A stretch of DNA of 64,000 nt from Macrostomum lignano. Its lineage: Eukaryota. Position numbers and translations under genes: made by a program. Under the pieces are notes generated by a model. It was not told where the DNA came from. It saw nothing but the letters and a program-made list of their open reading frames with translations, and searched no databases. The stretch lies in assembly GCA_002269645.1 (NCBI GenBank), contig NIVC01001129.1, forward strand, positions 62,001 through 126,000. The letters are read 5' to 3'. Below are positions 36,801 to 48,483 of the stretch, piece by piece (positions within the stretch are counted from its first letter, which is position 1; each line of letters starts with the position of its first letter).

Positions 36801-39800
36801 GTTCCAATTTGGGTACCTGGGTTCCAAATTAGGCAACTGGGTTCCAAATTGTACCAGTGTTCCAAATTAGGTACCTGGGTTCCAAATTAGGTACCTGGGT
36901 TCCAAATTAGGCAACTGGGTTCCAATTTGGGTACCTGGGTTCCAAATTAGGCAACTGGGTTCCAAATTGTACCAGTGTTCCAAATTAGGTAACTGGGTTC
37001 CAATTTAGGTACCTGGGTTCCAATTTAGGTATCTGGGTTCCAATTTAGGTAACTGGGTTCCAATTTAGGTACCTGGGTTCCAATTTAGGTATCTGGGTTC
37101 CAATTTAGGTAACTGGGTTCCAATTTAGGTACCTGGGTTCCAATTTAGGTACCTGGGTTCCAATTTAGGTAACTGGGTTCCAATTTAGGTACCTGGGTTC
37201 CAAATTAGGTACCTGGGTTCCAATTTAGGTACCTGGGTTCCAAATTAGGTACCTGGGTTCCAATTTAGGTACCTGGGTTCCAAATTAGGTACCTGGGTTC
37301 CAAATTAGGTACCTGGGTTCCAAATTAGGTACCTGGGTTCCAAATTAGGCAACTGGGTTCCAAATTGTACCAGTGTTCCAATTTAGGTATCTGGGTTCCA
37401 ATTTAGGTACCCGGGTTCCAATTTAGGTACCTGGGTCCCAAAGTAGGTATCTGGGTTCCAATTTAGGTACCTGGGTTCCAATTTAGGTACCTGGGTTCCA
37501 AATTAGGTACCTGGGTTCCAAATTAGGTACCTGGGTTCCAAATTAGGTACCTGGGTTCCAAATTAGGTACCTGGGTTCCAATTTGGGTACCTGGGTTCCA
37601 AATTAGGCAACTGGGTTCCAAATTGTAACAGTGTTCCAAATTAGGTACCTGGGTTCCAAATTAGGTACCTGGGTTCCAAATTAGGCAACTGGGTTCCAAT
37701 TTAGGTACCAGTGTTCCAATTTAGGTACCTGGGTTCCAATTTAGGTACCTGGGTTCCAAAGTAGGTACCTGGGTTCCAAATTAGGTACCTGGGTTCCAAA
37801 TTAGGTATCTGGGTTCCAATTTAGGTACCTGGGTTCCAATTTAGGTACCTGGGTTCCAATTTAGGTACCTGGGTTCCAATTTAGGTAGCTAGGTTCCAAT
37901 TTAGGTACCTGGGTTTCAAATTAGGTACCTGGGTTCCAAATTAGGTACCTGGGTTTCAATTTAGGTAGCTAGGTTCCAATTTAGGTACCTGGGTTTCAAA
38001 TTAGGTACCTGGGTTCCAAATTAGGTACCTGGGTTCCAAATTAGGCATCGGATCATCAGATTAGGTGTCGAGTCATCAAATTAGCTATCTGATCATCAAA
38101 TTAGCTATCTGATCATCAAATTAGCTATCTGATCATAAAATTAGCTATCTGATCATCAAATTAGCTATCTGATCATCAAATTAGCTATCTGATCATCAAA
38201 TTAGCTATCTGATCATCAAATTAGCTATCTGATCATCAAATTAGCTATCTGATCATCAAATTAGCTATCTGATCATCAAATTAGCTATCAGATCATTAAA
38301 TTAGCTATCTGATCATCAAATTAGCTATCAGATCATTAAATTAGCTATCTGATCATCAAATTAGGTATCTGATCATTAAATTAGCTATCTGATCATCAAA
38401 TTAGGTATCTGATCATTAAATTAGCTATCTGATCATCAAATTAGCTATCTGATCATCAAATTAGCTATCTGATCATTAAATTGGGTATCTGATCATCAAA
38501 TTAGCTATCTGATCATCAAATTAGGTATCTGATCATCAAATTAGGTATCTGATCATCAAATTAGCTATCTGATAATTAAATTAGGTATCTGATCATCAAA
38601 TAAGGTATCTGATTATCAAATTAGGTATCTGATCATCAAATTAGCTATCTGATCATTAAATTAGCTATCTGATCATCAAATTAGCTATCTGATCATCAAA
38701 TTAGCTATCTGATCATTAAATTAGCTATCTGATCATCAAATTAGGTATCTGATCATCAAATTAGCTATCTGATCATTAAATTAGCTATCTGATCATCAAA
38801 TTAGCTATCTGATCATTAAATTAGGTATCTGATCATCAAATAAGGTATCTGATTATCAAATTAGGTATCTGATCATCAAATTAGCTATCTGATCATTAAA
38901 TTAGCTATCTGATCATCAAATTAGCTATCTGATCATCAAATTAGGTATCTGATCATCAAATTAGCTATCTGATCATCAAATTGGCTATCTGATCATTAAA
39001 TTAGCTATCTGATCATTAAATTAGCTATCTGATCATCAAATTAGCTATCTGATCATTAAATTAGCTATCTGATCATCAAATTAGGTATCTGATCATCAAA
39101 TTAGCTATCTGATCATTAAATTAGCTATCTGATCATCAAATTAGCTATCTGATCATCAAATTAGGTTAATACTCGGGCTAAAGGTCTCACAGCAGCTCAC
39201 CTATAGCCAGACAGCTTGCCAATGAGATGTGACTTCGGCACCGTGCACAGCATGCTACCTTGAAATTGCGCTATCAAGCAGCCGGCTCCGCTGCCAGATG
39301 TTCGTTTTGAATTCGCCCGATCAACCACGCGATGCACCCGGGCACGCAGCCAAGCGCCCGGTGTTAAACAGTCAAAGCTGCACGGAACAGTCTCAGGCCA
39401 GGCCCTATCAGCTGACATAAGCTTAGCAGGATGGCAGGTGAGCCTGACTATACGAGTCTCGCCTAGAGACAAACCCATTGCCGGTGAGGATGCCAGTAAA
39501 GAGCTGGCGCCATTGGACGGAGCCGAATCCAGTAACCGGACGGGAACCAGACCGCCAAGGCACAGCTGACGGCCGAAGTTGCACCTGTGGATTTTTTTCA
39601 TTTGAAAGGTGCATAGGGTCCTCAGACAATTACCGATTTATAATTATGACACTAATAAGGGTCCTCAGACTGGGCCGCTATATCATCATGACACTAATAA
39701 GGGTCCTCAGACTGGGCCGCTATATAATCATGATACTAATAAGGGTCCTCAGACTGGGCCGCTATATAATCATGATACTAATAAGGGTCCTCAGACTGGG

Positions 39801-42327
39801 CCGCTATATAATCATGATACTAATAAGGGTCCTCAGACTGGGCCGCTATATAATCATGATACTAATAAGGGTCCTCAGACTGGGCCGCTATATAATCATG
39901 ATACTAATAAGGGTCCTCAGACTGGGCCGCTATATAATCATGATACTAATAAGGGTCCTCAGACTGGGCCGCTATATAATCATGGTACTAATAATGGTCC
40001 TCAGACCGGAACCCTTCATTTTCGAGTATTTTCACACCTAATTCTCAGCCTGAACAAAACTGATAACACATACCTAGCAACATATTCCGTAGTTTCACTA
40101 TTTGGCAAGAAGCCAACAAGGCCAGGCACGCCCAGATCAATGGTAAATCCATGGTCCTCAATAGAGTCGATAGCTCCATATAGAAGCTGTAAAATATTTA
40201 TAAAAAGAATATGATGACTAATAAGCTAGTTAATAATCAAAAAGTATTGCTCAACTTTTATTATTTTACCATTCGAGAATTCAACTGATGCATTGGCACG
40301 CTTTTGTTAACATCACGAGGATTAGCGCTTAATTCCAGTTTGTTCTTGACCAAGCCAGTGCCGCTACTCTGGCTTGCGTCGGCGTCAGATGGTTTAGCAA
40401 TCAAACAGGGCAGATACTGGCCAATGCTGAACATTCCTGTTAGTACTGGCATATCCTGGATTTATAAATATTTTTTAATAGTTATTATTAGAAACATAAG
40501 ACCTGTTCAGCTCTGTGGGTCAGGGATCCAAGAGTCATGGGACCAGCTGTGTGGGTCAGGGATCTAAGAGTCATGGGACCAGCTGTGTGGGTCAGGGATC
40601 TAAGAGTCATAGGGTCAGCTACAAGCGTATGTTGGTAAGGGTTCTGAGAGTCATTGGGTCAGCTATGCGGGTCAGGGATCTAAGAGTCATTTAGTCAGCT
40701 GTGTGGGTCAGGGATCTAAGAGTCATGAGATCAGCTGTGTGGGTCAGGGATCTAAGAGTCATTTGGTCAGCTGTGTGGGTCAGGGATCTAAGAGTCATGA
40801 GATCAGCTGTGTGGGTCAGGGATCCAAGAGTCATTTGGTCAGCTGTGTGGGTCAGGGATCTAAGAGTCATAGGGTCAGCTGTGTGGGTCAGGGATCTAAG
40901 AGTCATTTGGTCAGCTGTGTGGGTCAGGGATCCAAGAGTCATTTGGTCAGCTGTGTTGGTCAGGGATCTAAGAGTCATTTGGTCAGCTGTGTGGGTCAGG
41001 GATCTAAGAGTCATTTGGTCAGCTGTGTGGGTCAGGGATCTAAGAGTCATTTGGTCAGCTGTGTGGGTCAGGGATCTAAGAGTCATGAGATCAGCTGTGT
41101 GGGTCAGGGATCCAAGAGTCATTTGGTCAGCTGTGTGGGTCAGGGATCCAAGAGTCATTTGGTCAGCTGTGTTAGTCAGGGATCTAAGAGTCATGAGATC
41201 AGCTGTGTGGGTCAGGGATCCAAGAGTCATTTGGTCAGCTGTGTGGGTCAGGGATCTAAGAGTCATGAGATCAGCTGTGTGGGTCAGGGATCCAAGAGTC
41301 ATTTGGTCAGCTGTGTGGGTCAGGGATCTAAGAGTCATGAGATCAGCTGTGTGGGTCAGGGATCCAAGAGTCATTTGGTCAGCTGTGTTAGTCAGGGATC
41401 TAAGAGTCATGAGATCAGCTGTGTGGGTCAGGGATCTAAGAGTCATTTGGTCAGCTGTGTGGGTCAGGGATCTAAGAGTCATTTGGTCAGCTGTGTGGGT
41501 CAGGGATCTAAGAGTCATGAGATCAGCTGTGTGGGTCAGGGATCCAAGAGTCATTTGGTCAGCTGTGTTAGTCAGGGATCTAAGAGTCATTTGGTCAGCT
41601 GTGTGGGTCAGGGATCCAAGAGTCATTTGGTCAGCTGTGTGCGTCAGGGATCTAAGAGTCATGAGATCAGCTGTGTGGGTCAGGGATCCAAGAGTCATTT
41701 GGTCAGCTGTGTTAGTCAGGGATCTAAGAGTCATGAGATCAGCTGTGTGGGTCAGGGATCCAAGAGTCATTTGGTCAGCTGTGTTAGTCAGGGATCTAAG
41801 AGTCATGAGATCAGCTGTGTGGGTCAGGGATCCAAGAGTCATTTGGTCAGCTGTGTTAGTCAGGGATCTAAGAGTCATGAGATCAGCTGTGTGGGTCAGG
41901 GATCCAAGAGTCATTTGGTCAGCTGTGTTAGTCAGGGATCTAAGAGTCATGAGATCAGCTGTGTGGGTCAAGGATCCAAGAGTCATTTGGTCAGCTGTGT
42001 TAGTCAGGGATCTAAGAGTCATGAGATCAGCTGTGTGGGTCAGGGATCTAGAAGTCATGGGATCAGTTGTGTGGATCAGGGAGTTGGAACTTCAGTTAAT
42101 TAATCAAGAGTTGCAGTTTATTATACAGAAAAGCTATAACAATAAAGAACATTAAGCACTTCCATACTTACCTTAGGCTGATTGTCCTTGACAACATCTT
42201 CTAGCATAGATTTGTACCTGTTGCTAATGTTGTAGACTTTCACTGTACCAGTTTTACCTTCAGCTAAACTGATCTGCAGGTCATAGAAGCTTATTTCTTT
42301 GATTCTTCCTAGTACTAATGTGGACAT
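24786..42327 (-). CDS. PDCD11: Protein RRP5 homolog / PDCD11 (multiple S1 domains plus C-terminal HAT/TPR repeats), 13 exons
   Basis: Hand-spliced exons (minus): 42327-42172, 40455-40270, 40186-40074, 39584-39201, 36096-35506, 34933-34421, 33389-32843, 32284-31718, 31168-30933, 30549-30364, 29380-28897, 27530-26205, 25220-24786. All GT..AG and phase-consistent, 5,724 nt, about 1,907 aa. S1-like segments ([61 protein letters not shown]) and HAT-like segments ([36 protein letters not shown]). The true 5' end is not resolved. Confidence 0.9.
25285..26130. repeat. (CACT)n-based degenerate satellite (RRP5 intron 12)
   Basis: Recurrent cactcactcaccaatccatt / cactgatcaatt. Confidence 0.9.
27665..28762. 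repeat. Minisatellite, 23-bp unit GAATCCCGATTCAGATCCCTACT (RRP5 intron 11)
   Basis: Highly homogeneous tandem copies. Confidence 0.97.
29387..30272. repeat. Minisatellite, 28-bp unit GTGGGTCAGGTCAATGATGGGTCATAAA (RRP5 intron 10)
   Basis: Direct tandem copies starting a few bp from the acceptor at 29381. Confidence 0.95.
30585..30917. repeat. (GACA)n microsatellite (RRP5 intron 9)
   Basis: Direct reading. Confidence 0.97.
31225..31672. repeat. Minisatellite, about 28-bp unit GGGGGAGAATCTCATAGGGAATCAATCG (RRP5 intron 8)
   Basis: Degenerate tandem copies. Confidence 0.9.
32297..32820. repeat. Two abutting minisatellites: 20-bp GCCAGTGAGATGGGATTTTA (to about 32522), then about 22-bp TGTGACAGAGTGACCAATCCGA (RRP5 intron 7)
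   Basis: Direct reading. Confidence 0.92.
33500..34330. repeat. Minisatellite, 21-bp unit GAGAGGGGATTCTCTCCTTTT (RRP5 intron 6)
   Basis: Direct tandem copies. Confidence 0.95.
34975..35488. repeat. Minisatellite, 20-bp unit GACACCCAGACAGACACTAA (RRP5 intron 5)
   Basis: Direct tandem copies. Confidence 0.96.
36150..39165. repeat. Compound 20-bp minisatellite: TTAGGTACCTGGGTTCCAAA (to about 38045) switching to TTAGCTATCTGATCATCAAA (RRP5 intron 4)
   Basis: A 3-kb array with the same 20-bp period on both sides of the switch. Confidence 0.97.
39645..40000. repeat. Minisatellite, 42-bp unit ACTAATAAGGGTCCTCAGACTGGGCCGCTATATAATCATGAT (RRP5 intron 3)
   Basis: About 8 near-identical copies. Confidence 0.96.
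40505..42075. repeat. Minisatellite, 36-bp unit GTCAGCTGTGTGGGTCAGGGATCTAAGAGTCATTTG (RRP5 intron 1)
   Basis: About 43 copies; source of the 455-484 aa spurious ORFs. Confidence 0.97.
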
Positions 42328-43906
42328 GATGGCAGAAATTGTTATTTAGTGGTATACTCAAACTCAAAAGAATTGGAGTTTGGGTCAGAAACAATCTTCT
42401 TAACTGTTAGAAGTTAAAAAGAATATGGGTAGACATGGATCAAATTTTGATTCTGATCTTAATTTACCAACTGCCAAATCAAATTTATTAGTGAGATAAT
42501 TTTTTAGATTTTTTAAATTATCTAAATTCTAATAGTGGCAAAACAATAAGATATAATTATATATACTTTTGTCTTCTTCTATGTCTCTTGGGTTTTTTGC
42601 ATGTAGATAATACACTTTATGTTTTATTAATAGCTATATTTTAGGATGATTTTATAATCAGATAATGTTTTGACAATTTTGTATAAAGGTAAATTTTCAA
42701 CTAGATTAGGCCTTATATTTTAAGTATAGCTTTGTAAGTACTTTAGTCTAGATTTTAAGATATACCATTTTTGATGAACCCATTATGTCTAAATACCATA
42801 GCTAGCAAAAATAATTTATTGGCTAAGAGAAAAATTAACAAAACTTTGTCAAATAGTCATTTCACATACTAATAATGCATTTTAAGTAACTTCAGACTAA
42901 ATATAAGCCACAATAATTTGAGTATTTAAAGACATTGAAAGCATAAAATCAACATTTGATATATTAAGTATACATATATTTCTTTTAAGACAATTTATTT
43001 GAATATCAAATAATACCAAAAATATGTCATTGGACAAAACTAAATTCTATTAGTCCAAATATCAATAAAGTTGCATACTGTGACTACCTAACTATAGGCA
43101 CCCTTGTTGTGGTATGGCCAAGTTGTGATGCATTGATTGTCAGCTGAGGGGAACTAGTGACTATTGAAGAAGAAGGTGAATACTATAAAGTGAGTATACT
43201 CACTGGTTTATTCTGCTAGTTAGTGATTGGGAGATAAAGGAATACAATATATATGCGCACTTTGATTATATATGTAGAAGCATTCAGGATTAAATATAAA
43301 AGTAACTCTACCCTTTAGATGAAGGTTTGAATTTGTTTTTTGGACTAAACCTGACTGCTTGTCTCTTATTCACTACATGTTATTATATTTTTTTTGGGTT
43401 AGGATATACTTAGAGAAACAGTGCACAGACATAGATTGCACTAAAGTAACAGAAATAGTCCCCAAAAGTTTTTTTGGTGCATGCTATGTCACCTTCTAAT
43501 TAAGTAATACTTCTTATTTATAATTAATATAGGTCTAATTTTTATAGCAATTAATTAACACTAGATAACATATTATATTGTAATTAAAAAGTTAAAATAT
43601 AGCGAATAGCAAGGGTTACACTGAATTCATCAATATCTGATTTGTCAATAGACCTAAAGTTAAAGAAATTTGAGAAAATCAAATTCATCAACAGTTAAAA
43701 TGACCTAAGCAAATTTGCTAACAACAAGACAAATTTACCTAAAGTCATATTTTTTAACATAATAACATAAGTTTCTATAATTCAATGAGCAAAATATTGC
43801 CAAATACTTCAACATGACTTCATGAATACACATTCTAAATGCTATTGTGCCTACATAACTCAAAATTTAACAAATTAGGCAATTGATACTATGTATATAA
43901 TACCAC

Positions 43907-44587
43907 CAAGGACGACTTAAGTAGGACAGGAAACCTTGCTTCTTAGAAAATTTTTGAAGGCAGGCTTTTCCATACTTTGGAGATAGGAATTTTTCATTTT
44001 TTCAAGATAAAAATTGTTATTGCTTTTGATAGGACACAGATCCAGTGTTCATCTTTTGATATGTTGTGCCTTTCTTATTGCTCTATTGATATTCATAAAG
44101 CTTTTTGTTCAAAGAATTAGGATTCTATGTTAATTTTTTTTTTACATACATTTCCTGTACCTAACAATCATAAAAATACATGGCATAGCTCCAATCTTTA
44201 GTTTTATAAATCTATTTTATCATCTCTGTTACAATTATTTGTTACACAGTCAGCTAAGAATGATAAAATTAGACTCATAAAACCAAAAAGCTGAGCCATG
44301 CCACTTTAATGGTTTTTGGACATAAGATACATGCAAATATATATAGAATAAAAATTAACATAAAATCAAAATTCTTTGAATGAAAAGCTTTATAAATATC
44401 AATAGAACAATAAGAGAGGCACAATATACCAAAAGATGAACACTGGATCTGCTTCCTATCAAAAGCAATAACAATTTTATCTTATAAAAAGAAAATTTCT
44501 ATCTCTAAAGTATATTTTTGGAAAAGCCTACCTTCAAAAATTTTCTAAGAAACAAGGTTTCCTGTCCTTCTATTTAAGTCATCCTTG
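43907..44587. mobile_element. AT-rich fold-back MITE-like element with about 240-bp imperfect terminal inverted repeats
   Basis: The left arm (caaggacgacttaa...ggaaaccttg...cagatccagtgttcatcttttg...) is the diverged reverse complement of the right arm (...caaaagatgaacactggatctg...caaggtttcctgtcc...ttaagtcatccttg). The spacer also contains a smaller imperfect inverted repeat. Confidence 0.7.
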
Positions 44588-46619
44588 AATACCATATTAT
44601 ATATAGTTGAATATCCAGATACAATTATATCAAGAGTCTATCAGGGTATAACAGCTTGTATGCTATCAGCTATATATGCCTTATTATACTTTATTGCATC
44701 TTTTGAGTGAAGTACGAGTAGGTCACTTTAATTCAAATTTAATTTATAAGTTTTGTTGATCTTAACCATTACCAAGTTTTTGAACTTCAAATTTCAAAAT
44801 ATGTACAAAAATAGTTCTGGAAATTTATTGGAATGCAATAGGTTTAAAATCCACAGGTAGGCCTATTAATAGCTTGTAAAAATTATTTCAAAAAACCATT
44901 CTCCTTTGTTATCTTAAATGTATTCATATCTTTTCGATAGGCTTTGCCTTTCAAGTTTTAGTGTATAATAAATATACTAGTAAATAGCAAACATAATGTC
45001 AGGTAACTGAATTTGTCAATAGTGCATGATAAGGTGAACTGAATTTTTTAGCAGAGTTGACAAATTAGATATTGATAAGTTCAATGGTACTTAATAATAA
45101 ATTATTTATGCCTATCCTAAAATTTTTATTTATATTACTTAATTTAAGTTTGGCTAAAAAATATAGGCTCATTCCAGTGTTTGGCACTAGTTTTCAAAAA
45201 GTATAAATCTATAAATAAGCAATAATCTAGACTTCTAGTCTGGGCAACTAGGCATTGTTTTTAGTATTATTGATAAATTAATTAAGACTTTTTGCAATAC
45301 TGCCAATAGGCTTTAATAAGCTTTAAATTTTATTGCTTGCATATGAACATTGGTGGCATCACTTTGATTCACTTCTTTCCTATTTTTACTATAGCAACAT
45401 TCTGCTACCTCTCCTGCCTTGCACTGCTAGTGCTTAAACAACCTTGCTAGGCCTATGCTATTTATATTTTATCAATTAATAAGCTTTAAAGTTTCAAGTT
45501 ACTTGCTTCTTTTACTTATAGTAGGCCTAGTAATGTTTCACATAAAAGTAGGCATCCTTTTTACCTATTATTTGTTTGTTATTTTTAGTGTATAAATTCT
45601 TGAATTACTTATCTCTTATCTGTGTCAGCTAAAAAGATAAAAAAGCAGACAATGCATTTTAAAGTCTGCTTTGAAGTGCAAAATTCCTGTATTTTCTATA
45701 TTAACGTTAATGGACTAAAATTTATTCACGACACTTAGGCCTACTAACAATAATCACTAATCAGTTAACTCATTAATATCAGTCAGCTTAATAGGGCTAG
45801 GGCCTAGGCCTGGGCCTACTAAAAAATAGAGTTAACATTAACAAGTTAAGATTTTTATGGTATACTAATGCTTTTGCCATTAATGGAAGTTTAGAAGATT
45901 TTCATTATTGGTGCCCAACACTGGCTCGGTCGTGTTACTCTACTAGTAAGTCCTACTGTCGTCTTACTGTGTAGTAGGGGCAGGGCGGGGCCTATTTTTT
46001 AGGCCTATTTATTAACCCTTAAATTTTCAACAAAGATAAATCACCAGAGTAAAATTTCAAGCATATAAATACGAATTAATTAACTAGCACTGTAGACTCC
46101 GACATCCTGCATTGGCTGATGATAACCGACGAGATTTTCGATGAAAAGTTGAACTTAAAATGCCGCCTAAAGCTATTACATTTATTTGACTGTAAATAAA
46201 ATTCTGGAATTTTAGTTTTTTTATTTACTTATAAGAGTGACTAGGCGTTTCAAGCAAACACTTCTGTACAAAGATTATATTTTTTGTTTAAAGGAGGTAA
46301 AAAGGGCTTGAAACTTTTAAGAAATGTTTAAGGTCGTGCTTTGTAAAATCAAATAGGATTTTTTAGAATTACCCATACAGTCGATGCAGATGCAGATAAG
46401 AAGCCTCTTGAACAAGTTTTAGACGTTATTATTTTAAACTTTTATTTCAAGTGACAGACCAATTTAACATGAAAAATCGATTAATGCGTCGTTAGAGCAG
46501 CATGTGAGGCACAAAATAGTGTGATTAGAACTTTCTCTGACACTGTTAAGAGACTCAATCACTGTTTTAGTGTTGAAAATAGTTTTCTATCTCAGTAGTG
46601 TATTTTTCCGTTGAAACCT

Positions 46620-47505
46620 GCCTTTAAAACTATTTCTGAACGAAAAGCTTTATGAATATGGATAGAGCAATAAGAAAGGCACAACATATCAAAATATGAA
46701 GATTGGGTCTTTCTCTATCGAAAGCAATAACAATATTTGTGCTGAAAAAATTAAAACCTCCTAATCTCTATAGTGTATTTTTCGGCGAAAATTGTTGCCT
46801 TCAAAACATTTTACCATAGATTTTGAGTGTAGCCTTATATATACACTCAGCAACATTTAAAACGCAACACTCTAACTAGAAGAAAAATCAACTCACTCAG
46901 AAGAGTCAAAGCGCATAGTCTATGGTTCAAATCTAGCTTCAGAAACGCGTGTAGCTTCCTCTCGCAAGTAACAGGGCGATGACTATGGACTGTTTTCAGA
47001 TAGAGTGATCCAGCTGAGAGAATGGTTCAACAGATGACAGACGCGGAAAGATGGCGAGCAGTCGGAATGTTGGAAGCAGGTTGTACTCTTCGAACAGTTG
47101 CAAACCACTTCGGGAGGTCGCCTTCAACAGTTTTACGTCTGCTATAGAAGAGCAGAGCCACTGGAAGCGTGGCTCACGCGAGAAAAGGTACGGTGCTTCA
47201 CCAACTTCGCAGTACAACAGCTGTTGTTCGAAGAGTACAACCTGCTTCCAACATTCCGACTGCTCGCCATCTTTCCGCGTCTGTCATCTGTTGAACCATT
47301 CTCTCAGCTGGATCACTCTATCTGAAAACAGTCCATAGTCATCGCCCTGTTACTTGCGAGAGGAAGCTACACGCGTTTCTGAAGCTAGATTTGAACCATA
47401 GACTATGCGCTTTGACTCTTCTGAGTGAGTTGATTTTTCTTCTAGTTAGAGTGTTGCGTTTTAAATGTTGCTGAGTGTATATATGTTATTTCAGTAGTAG
47501 TCCTT
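46620..47505 (+). mobile_element. Diverged partial copy of the MITE right arm, interrupted by the Tc1 fold-back element
   Basis: 46640-46810 (aaagctttatgaatat...gagcaataagaaaggcacaacatatcaaaa...aaagcaataacaa...ccttcaaaa) aligns by eye to 44385-44540. tatttcagtagtagtcctt after 47484 resembles the arm end tatttaagtcatcctt. Confidence 0.55.
46844..47477. mobile_element. Fold-back non-autonomous Tc1/mariner derivative (253-bp perfect inverted arms, 128-bp spacer, TA-flanked)
   Basis: 46844-47096 is the reverse complement of 47225-47477. Ends read TA|CACTCAGC...GCTGAGTG|TA. The + strand from 47022 encodes MVQQMTDAERWRAVGMLEAGCTLRTVANHFGRSPSTVLRLL*KSRATGSVA, which resembles the N-terminal HTH of Tc1 transposases, with a TAG at 47145. 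Confidence 0.88.
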
Positions 47506-48483
47506 ATATCCTCCAGCTTCAAAAGCGTTTGCAATGAGTTTTTTATATTTTTATATAACTGGCGTGGGCATAATGCACATAGCTACATATACACTTCTAA
47601 CGCAGAGTTTTAAATACATATTCTAGGATAAATTTAATATTCTTGACGATTACCACTATGATTATATTTTCATGCCTTACTTGGGAAAGATTTCTAGCCA
47701 GCAGGACGATCGATAATGATCACCTACCGGATAAATTGCGCAGAACAAATTATTATATGTACACGTACAATATATGTACTGCAATTACATACTATACATA
47801 CATGTAAATTTCAGTAAGTTAAGTAATGTTTTCGGTGAAAAATACATGTATAAAAATAATATTGTTACTCGTTTTTTTCCTAAAGGCGAGAGCGAGACAA
47901 ATAATTAATTTGCAGACTATGGTGAACCCCATCTGTCTTTATATCTCAGACTAAAACGTACGCGTCAAGAAAACGCGTTGATCGCGAGAGAAAAATTTTC
48001 ACTTCAGTTTCGTGGGCAGGGCAAGCAAGAAAATTAATTAAAATATTTAGATTTGTTCAGCATCGAACGATCATCTGTGAGGGGTTTCGGTCGTCATGCA
48101 AAAGCTCAGTTATTAAAAGTGCAAAATGCAGCGTGAGACGTCTTTTTCAAAACTATAGTTTTTTTCCGCTTGTCCTGCTGAAAATTGAAATTAGGAAGCT
48201 GCTCAGAATAAATACATAAGATTGAAGAATGAGACAGAGTGAAAGGCAATTTGCAAGGCGTTGGTGATGGATATTCCTTCGGGGAGACAGATGTACTTTT
48301 ACGGGTCGCTATATACGCATGCAATGTAGCGAGTTGTTATTGCTGCGAGCCTGGATTAGCGCACGAAAGCCTCGTACACACGTATCTGCAGCGGGTGAGA
48401 ATATTGTATTATACGTTTACAGCAGCAAGAGCTCGAAGTAATTAGGAGCGTAACACTCAAGCATAAAGCTATGCATTAGACAG

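Noticed and set aside
40691-42155. 455-484 aa ORFs on both strands
   Set aside because: They are translations of the 36-bp intronic minisatellite (12-aa periodicity) inside RRP5 intron 1.
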